A stretch of 63,914 nucleotides of DNA, filler included, from Olpidium bornovanus S191 (lineage: Eukaryota > Fungi > Olpidiomycota), in the NCBI GenBank assembly GCA_017911155.1. It is 28 parts of 28 records of this genome, joined end to end, with 100 filler letters (N's around TTAATTAATTAA, not from the genome) between each part and the next. Parts side by side here need not be neighbours in the genome. Positions count along the whole stretch, not along the records: positions 57,082 to 60,185 come from JAEFCI010007532.1; positions 60,286 to 61,611 come from JAEFCI010004716.1; positions 61,712 to 62,785 come from JAEFCI010010738.1; positions 62,886 to 63,914 come from JAEFCI010008976.1; 24 more parts are not named here. One strand, given 5' to 3'. Shown here in pieces: positions 57,211 through 63,914 of this stretch. Below the pieces are notes generated by a model. It did not search any database, was not told the origin of the DNA, and was given only the letters and a program-made list of their open reading frames with translations. The position numbers were made by a program, and so were the translations under genes. Numbering within the stretch: the stretch's first letter is position 1; every line of letters starts with the position of its first letter.

Positions 57211-60185
57211 ATGGCCGAAGGAGAGCGGAGGCCCGGGTGGTCTTCCTTCCCGGCCGACCACGAGCAGCAGCAGAAGCATTACCAACACCCCCAGCACCAG
57301 GAGCAGCACCGCGACCCGGCCGAGAGCGACGCCGGCCGACAGCGGAGGATCTCTTTCCAGCAGCTGCAGCAGCTGTTCGCCGGCAACGGAGTGCCGCAGG
57401 GGCAGCTGTTCGCCGGCGGCGGCGTGCCGCAGGGGCAGCCGCTGCCCCCGCCCGCGCCCTCGCCGCATCACGGGGCCCAGCCCCCCGCGTCCTTGGCGGC
57501 GCTCCTGGCCGAGCCGCCGTCCGGCCCCCCGCCGGCGACGGCCCGAAACCCTTTCGCTTTCTCCGCGGCCTCGCAGCCGCCCCCGTCCCTGTCCTCGTCT
57601 CCGTCGGCGGCGTCGCCGTTGGCCGGCTGGGTAACGTTCGGCGGTGAGGACGAGGCCAAGCCGAGACCGACCGCCCTCCGCGAGAGCTTTGGCGGCGACG
57701 GCAGCACCGTCGGCGGCGTCAGCAGCAACCCGTTCCTCAACGCTGCTGGTTTGCGGACGACCGCCGATCAGTTCTCTCCGAACGGCGCAGCGGCGCGCGG
57801 TTCCGGGTCGCCGCCCGAGCGCGGCGCGCCCGTTGAGCGGCCTCGGCCGCCCACGGCGGGCTCGCCCTGTCAGCTCGGTGCCGAGGGCGCCACTCGGCAG
57901 AGGGCGCGCACGTGCACCAGCACGTCAGGCGTGGTGTTCGCGGCTCGCTCGCTGTCGCCCGGGCGTTCCGCTTTCCTCAACGGCCTGCCGACGGTGGACA
58001 CCTCCGGGAACCCGCGTGGCGGCGGCGGGTCGTCGACGCAGAGCAGCCCGGGCGGCTTCGGGTTCCGCGAAAGGGGCGTCGGCGGCGGCGGGAGCGGAAG
58101 CACTTCGCCGCTTTCTGGAGCGGATCCCGCCCGAACGCTTCGGACTCGCGGGCGCTCGGTGTCGGGCCTGGCGCAGCAGTTCGGCGCCGCCTCGCTCTCG
58201 TCCCTTCCGACCTTGCCGTCGGGAAGCTCGACTCGCGCGGGGGAGCCTCCTGTCGCCCGGTCGAAACCGATGCTTGCGCCGCCGCCGGTGGCGCCCAAGC
58301 CGGCGGCCGTTCCTGGCCAACATTCGCGGACGCACACCCCCATGGACCAGGTCAGCTCGTTCGGGAGTCCGTCCCCCAGCACCGAGTTGACGATCCCGCT
58401 CGGAAGGGCAGCTCCGGTCGAAAAGCGCACGCGGCCGCTTTCAAGGCCGCTCCCGACGCTCCTTTCGGCCAAGGGAGGGGACTCGAGTCTCGACGGCTCC
58501 GCGCCTGTCAACGTAGGCGCGTCTCCTACGACGACGACGGAGTGGGAGAACCCGTTTGCGGACGGCGAGGCGAGGGAGGACACGGATTCGCTCGATGACG
58601 CGGACGACGATGACATCCGGGACCTCGGGTACGATTCCGACGACCTCGAAGAAGGCCGCGGCCAGAGGAGCGGCGTTGCGGACAACAATCCTTTCGCCGA
58701 TGCGTACGGCGCAGAAGATTCCCTCTTGTTCCGGTCGTCCTCCGGCGTGGCTTCGCGGTACAAGCACGCGCCGCCGTCCTACCGGGGTCCTCGAACGCCC
58801 GCGACTCCGGTCAGCACGGCGTACAAGATGACTCCCTCTCCTCCGTGGGCGACCGGCAGGCCCAAGCTTCCCGACAAGCCTCCGCGGCCCCCGCGGACTT
58901 GCGGCCCGCAGGTCGGCGAATTCGCGCGGATGTTCGAGCCGCAAAGTCGACCGCAACTACCGCCGCGCCCGTCGGCGGCGCCTTCCGCGCAAGGGAGCGA
59001 TTCTGCAGCGCCTCCGGTCGCCGCGAAGCCTCGGCTTCCTCCGAGGCCGGCCTGGCCGGGGCCTGCCCCGCCGGCGGACGGCGCGGGCGAGGAGGCGGCG
59101 CCTCCGCTGCCGCACCGGCGGCCGAACGTGAGCTCGGCGGAATACGCCGCGGACCCGCTCGGTGCGCCCGTGTCGGCCCGGTTACTCGCCGCGCAGGACC
59201 AGGACGCGGACTTCGCCGTCTCGCCGCGGAGCGCCCACGCCTGGACCCCCGCGGCCGTCGAGGCGGCGTTCGCGACCGGCGTAGTCGTTCCCGACGCACG
59301 GTGGAGCAACCGGTCGGTGCCGTACCTCTTTTACCACGAACTACAGCACAAAGGACCCGTGCGCTGCTTCGCGGTGTCTGGGGTCAACGTCTGCACGTCC
59401 CAGCAGAACACGCGCGTGTGGTCGCTGGACAGCGGGGAGAACGTCCGCACGATATCGCACGGAGACCACCGCGCCACGGCCACGGCGTACCGGCCCGCGA
59501 GGGTCGCCGCCGACGAGGGCCGGTACCTGTGGGTCGGCCTGTCGGACGGGCAGATCTGGGTCCTCGACACGTTTACCGGGGAGATCCCCGAGAGGAAGGG
59601 CACGGCGCACGGCTGCGCCGTCACCCACATCCTCCGTCCGCCGCGGACGGGGGGCCTGTGGACGCTGGACGAGAGCGGGATCCTCCAGATGTGGCCGCCC
59701 GTCTGGCCGCCGCCGGGCGCCTCCGACGCGTCCCTGCCGGCGAGGCCGTACGTTAGCCTCGACTCGAAGCCGAGGACGCATCGCCTTTCCCCGCGGGCGT
59801 CCGTCGCCCGCGTCGCCGGGCTCGAACTCTGGGCCGCCTACGGCAAGGCGGTCGAGGTGTACACTCCGCTGGACGAAACCCGCTCCGTCCTGGCCGCCAG
59901 GGTCGACGTGGGAGCCGCCGCGGGCGGCGTCAACGCGCTCGCCCCCCTGCCGCTGGACCCGTCCCGGGTGTTCTCGGGTCACGACTGCGGCAAGATCGTC
60001 GCGTGGGGCGCGGAAAGCCGCGCCATGCTCTTCGTCGTCAACGCGTCGGTCTACCGCATCACCGCCATGGTCGGCGTCGGCGACCGCTACCTCTGGACGG
60101 GGTTCCAGACCGGAAAGATCTACGTCTACGACACCCGGCCCGCCGCCTCCGCCGCCCCTCTTTCCGGCGGCGGCGGCTGCGGAGG
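57211..60185 (+). CDS. N-terminal part of a fungal WD40-type inositol polyphosphate 5-phosphatase, 3'-partial
   Basis: Pro-rich region with NPF motifs, then PDARWSNRSVP, TRVWSLDSGE..ISHG, DEGRYLWVGLSDGQI and LWTLDESGILQMW, typical of the beta-propeller preceding the 5-phosphatase domain. The catalytic domain is not in the contig. Confidence 0.82.
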
Positions 60186-60610
60186 NNNNNNNNNNNNNNN
60201 NNNNNNNNNNNNNNNNNNNNNNNNNNNNNTTAATTAATTAANNNNNNNNNNNNNNNNNNNNNNNNNNNNNNNNNNNNNNNNNNNNAAAGTGTCTTTGTAC
60301 ATAAATGTTGAAGCGTTGCAATAAGGAGGCTATCTTTCGCCCAAGAAAAAATAAAATTAGCGGAAGAAACGGGGTATCGGGTTGCGGAAACAGATCGAAA
60401 AGCATGCAGAAATTTTTTTGCAAGTTGGTCAGGGAGAAGGGCCGCCGCCTGATGCCGGGAGAAAAGGGAAAAAAAAACGGGGGGGGGGGAGGGGCCAGGG
60501 AGAGAAAGAGAGGTGAGAGGATAAAAGAGAGAACGTCAAAGAATCGTGCCAACACTTGTACCCGCAGCCCGTTTGCGGGCGAGTAGGGACGCCGGTGTGG
60601 TTCTCTCGGA

Positions 60611-61611
60611 TCATCGTGTGCGGTTTTCGTCCGCGCCTATGACCGACGGGACCGGCAGCGGCATGGAGCCGGGCGCCGAAACATGCGAAACATGACGGCC
60701 GTCAATTGAGTCCGACGGCTCACTGTGGTCCGCAGCGGAGAGTCCCATCGCCAGGCCGCTCAAGGAGTCCCGCGCGGCGCAACGGTTGCCGTTGCTGTCG
60801 ATGGTCCCGGCCACGGCCACTGCCGCGGAACGAGCCGGCTCGGCGCCGACGGATGCGGGGCCGTCCGGGTGGCCGGACCTGCCGCGTCCGCCGCGGCGGC
60901 CGACGACGGCGTCGATCTCCATCGTCCCGACCGGGCTTGCATTCCGCCACGGCGGACCTCCCCTAGCACACTCCGCCTGGCCGCCGTCGGCTTCCTCCCG
61001 CGGCAAGTCGGTCCGCTCCCCGTCCCGCTCCCCGTCCCGCTCCAGCTCCCGATCCGGCCGGCCGCGCGGCGGCAAAGCGAGACTAGTGTATTTCGGGTTG
61101 GGCACGTCGTTGACGACACGTATATACTCGGAGCCGTCGGGGACGCGGTGGGAGAAGACGACCCGGATGCCGCGGTGGAGGTAAATCTTGCCGCGCTTCG
61201 GGCACAGGAACTGCATGTGGATGGCGTACCGAAGAGCGGGCCTCATGCGTTCGTGCAGGCGCACAGGTGACCGGGTTGGCGGTCTCGGGGACCCCGGCGC
61301 GGTGCGTTGCTGTTGTTGAACGGGAGATGGGGAGCAGCCGTCTACCGCCGGCTCTGGCCGCCCGGCCTGCCCGAAACCTTGGGCTGGCGAAAGCGACCGC
61401 GACTCCAGCAAGCAAGGCGATGAGGCAGCGGACGCCGGAGAGGTGGGGTCGTGATAGGTCCTCTGCTTTAAAAACGTCTTCGTCTCGGGCGGCATGTCGG
61501 TCAAGTCGTACGGGCACAAGAACACCTTCACCGCCGTCTTGTTAGGGTTCTTCACCACCACCTGTACCTGCCCTTTCGGCGGCACGCGGTATCCGTACCA
61601 CTTCCGCCTCC
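60611..61611 (-). CDS. FAM214/ATOS-like protein (DUF4210 / Chromosome_seg region), C-terminal part, 5'-partial
   Basis: YRVPPKGQVQVVVKNPNKTAVKVFLCPYDLTDMPPETKTFLKQRTY and LRYAIHMQF...KIYLHRGIRVVF. Confidence 0.92.
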
Positions 61612-62885
61612 NNNNNNNNNNNNNNNNNNNNNNNNNNNNNNNNNNNNNNNNNNNNTTAATTAATTAANNNNNNNNNNNNNNNNNNNNNNNNNNNNNNNNN
61701 NNNNNNNNNNNAAATGAATGCATTCTGGAGTTTGGGAGGATTGGGGCCTGATTTTATAAAATATTAAAACAGTGCTTTCACGATTTTTGGAGGGGCGCGT
61801 GATGCATTTAAAAGTGACAATAAAAAATCATGTTCAAAGTTGATTGGGGGGCAGGGGAGGGGGATTGAGGGCGGGGACCGGAGAAGAGTGAGGTGGGAAG
61901 GTGGCAGGGGAGAGTGGGGAATTGGGGAATTGGGAGGGAGCGAAAGGAGCGGAGGGAGCGGAGGGAGGGCGAAGAGATGGGAGAGGGAGGGGAGGGAATG
62001 CGGTGAGGCGGGGAGGGGGAGGGTAACAAACCTAACTAGCGGAGTCCGACGTGAGGGGAAGCGCTGTCCGGTATCCAACCGGATGGAGGGAGCGAACACC
62101 GACGCGGCAGCAGAGTCCGGTGGTCCCGGCCAAAAGGCCTCCCCGGGGTTGCGGCCACCGGCCCTTGACCCCGAGGGGCTACTCGCCTGGGAACCGCGGT
62201 CTGCCCGCAGCGCCGGACTTTCGGGGCCTATGTTGTGTGCGTTGGAAATTCGGATCGAAAAATATTGTCAGCTCAAGAGGTTCTTTTCATTGCGACAAAT
62301 GCCGACCAAAAAGGCAAAAGTGAAAGTATAAATGAGACCATCAGAAAAAAGATAACCTACCAAAAATGCGGGGGTCGTTTGCGAGGCCGGCCGGCCCAGT
62401 CGGACTTACGGGCCTACGACGCGCGCGCGGAACGGTTCCGGAGGCGACCTCAGGGCTTGCCGGCGGGGGCGACTCCTTTGGGTTAGAGACCGCACAGGGT
62501 CCGCGAAGGAAAAATGAAATCGAAAGCCGCAGGTAGGTGGCAGGAGGTTGCCAATGCTGATTTTTTTTTTCTGTTTTCGCTCTTTGCCTATTTTGCGGAG
62601 ACCTTACCCCCGTAGCGCAGGAAAAAAAAGAGAGTAGTGGAGGGGAGGGGAAGGGGTTGTCGGCGAGGGGAAGAGAGTGCGAATCTTGGCGAAGTCTCGG
62701 GGGGAACGCGTTAAAGCGCCGCGTTGGTGGAACGCGTTATGGGCGCCGCGTTGTGTGTGTTCAAAGAGAAAAGAACGGTTGCATGNNNNNNNNNNNNNNN
62801 NNNNNNNNNNNNNNNNNNNNNNNNNNNNNTTAATTAATTAANNNNNNNNNNNNNNNNNNNNNNNNNNNNNNNNNNNNNNNNNNNN

Positions 62886-63741
62886 CATGCCTCCCCAGTA
62901 GTAGACCACCTGGACAAACGAACAGAAGAAAATGATCGCCGGGAGGACGTTCACGGCGAAGCTGGCTTTTGGGATCTTGTACCCGACCAGAAAGACCAGG
63001 CCGTCGTAGTTGTAATCAAGGAAATCGGCGATAAAGCTTGACAGCCAGCCGAACAGCTCGGCGCCTGTCTCCCACCGCAGAACGAGGAGGGCGAAGACGA
63101 ACTGTAGCGTCACGCCCACGGCCACGGTCTGCAAGTTAATCGCCTTGAACCGGCGAGAGCTCGCGGCGCCAATGGCGAGGAGGAATATCACCCCGGCCCA
63201 CGACTGGACGCGCTCGGAAACGTCCGACTCGTCGCTCTTGGTGCAGACGGCGTTGATCAGCATGGCGGCCAGGGTGCAGGCGAGGAGGCCGCCGAACTTG
63301 ACCTGGCGGCCCAGGCCACGGGTCGGCCGCGCCACGCACGCGTCGAAGGCGCGCCTGGCCGGGTTCCAGAAGAGCTTGGTGACGCACACGTGGCGGGCGA
63401 AAAGCCGCAGGGAGAAGAAGCACCAGAGGACGGTCCAGAAGTGATACCCCTCCTTGTAACCGCCGTCCGGAGTTTTGCCGAGGACCCACAGGGCGACGGT
63501 GTACGCGGTGACGGCGGCCCAAATGGACGCATCCAAGAGCACGCTGCAGAGCGGACGCTTACCGAACAGCGGCTTGGTTCCCAGCCAGCTGAGCCTCTGC
63601 TCCTCGTTGGCAAACAAGGCGCTGTTGACAAACGGCTTTTCAACGGCCCGCTCGGGCGGACACTCGGCGGCGGACAGCTGTCGGCGGCGGGGGCGGGATT
63701 GACGGTGAGCTGGGCGCGGCGTCGGCCGAACGCGGTAGAAC

Positions 63742-63773
<32 letters not shown>

Positions 63774-63869
63774 AGACCCCGGCGCGGCGCCTCCCGTGGG
63801 GCTGCCGCCCTCCGGAGCCTTCTCGTCGGCGGGGGCGCCGGCGGCGACGGCGGGCTCGTCATCAGTCAT
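62886..63869 (-). CDS. CNT1: Concentrative nucleoside transporter (CNT/SLC28), N-terminal part, 3'-partial
   Basis: RVQSWAG..SRRFKAINLQTVAVGVTLQFVFALLVLRW..G...F..FLDY..G..F...FAVNVLPAIIFFCSFVQVVYYWGGM. Confidence 0.95.
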
Positions 63870-63914
63870 GATGATGTTCGGCGTTGTGGGGTGGAGTGGC
63901 AGAGAAGAGAGAAG

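Overview
This is not one contiguous locus. It is 28 short (about 1.0-4.3 kb) unordered contigs joined by 27 artificial 100-nt spacers (N44-TTAATTAATTAA-N44), so adjacency across a spacer means nothing. The DNA is GC-rich, eukaryotic and intron-rich (GT-AG), with long homopolymer tracts. Recognisable, mostly partial, spliced genes: TRM8, VPS34, UTP10, mitochondrial ferredoxin YAH1, GET2/CAML, DOT1, VPS39, SPEF1, a GTPBP1/2 GTPase, CNT and CAT-type transporters, a WD40-type inositol 5-phosphatase, FAM214-like, RMD1-family, ATG27/M6PR-like, LYR- and PPR-like proteins, a Bem1-like PB1 exon and one elongator tRNA-Met. Fungal-type gene architectures plus the axonemal gene SPEF1 point to a flagellated early-diverging fungus. 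Olpidium or a chytrid is an inference, not a demonstration. The most interesting signals are in the LTR retroelements. (i) A Ty3/gypsy gag-pro junction carries a complete -1 frameshift cassette (A_AAA_AAC, 7-nt spacer, 8-bp GC stem, possible pseudoknot). (ii) A Ty1/copia lineage appears three times with the half-tRNA-iMet PBS GGTTATGAGCCC, and the ATG inside the PBS opens a synonymously conserved MSPNR peptide. One copy is nested in the gypsy gag behind a candidate 87-bp LTR, one has a PPT-LTR-PBS shared-LTR arrangement, and one joins the PBS almost directly to RT. Other leads: two perfect GTCACGTGAC promoter sites, a protein ending in a TH1 domain, a CotH-like exon, several unexplained repeats, and CATG at 17 of 56 contig ends. 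All family assignments come from motif recognition by eye; no database search was run.
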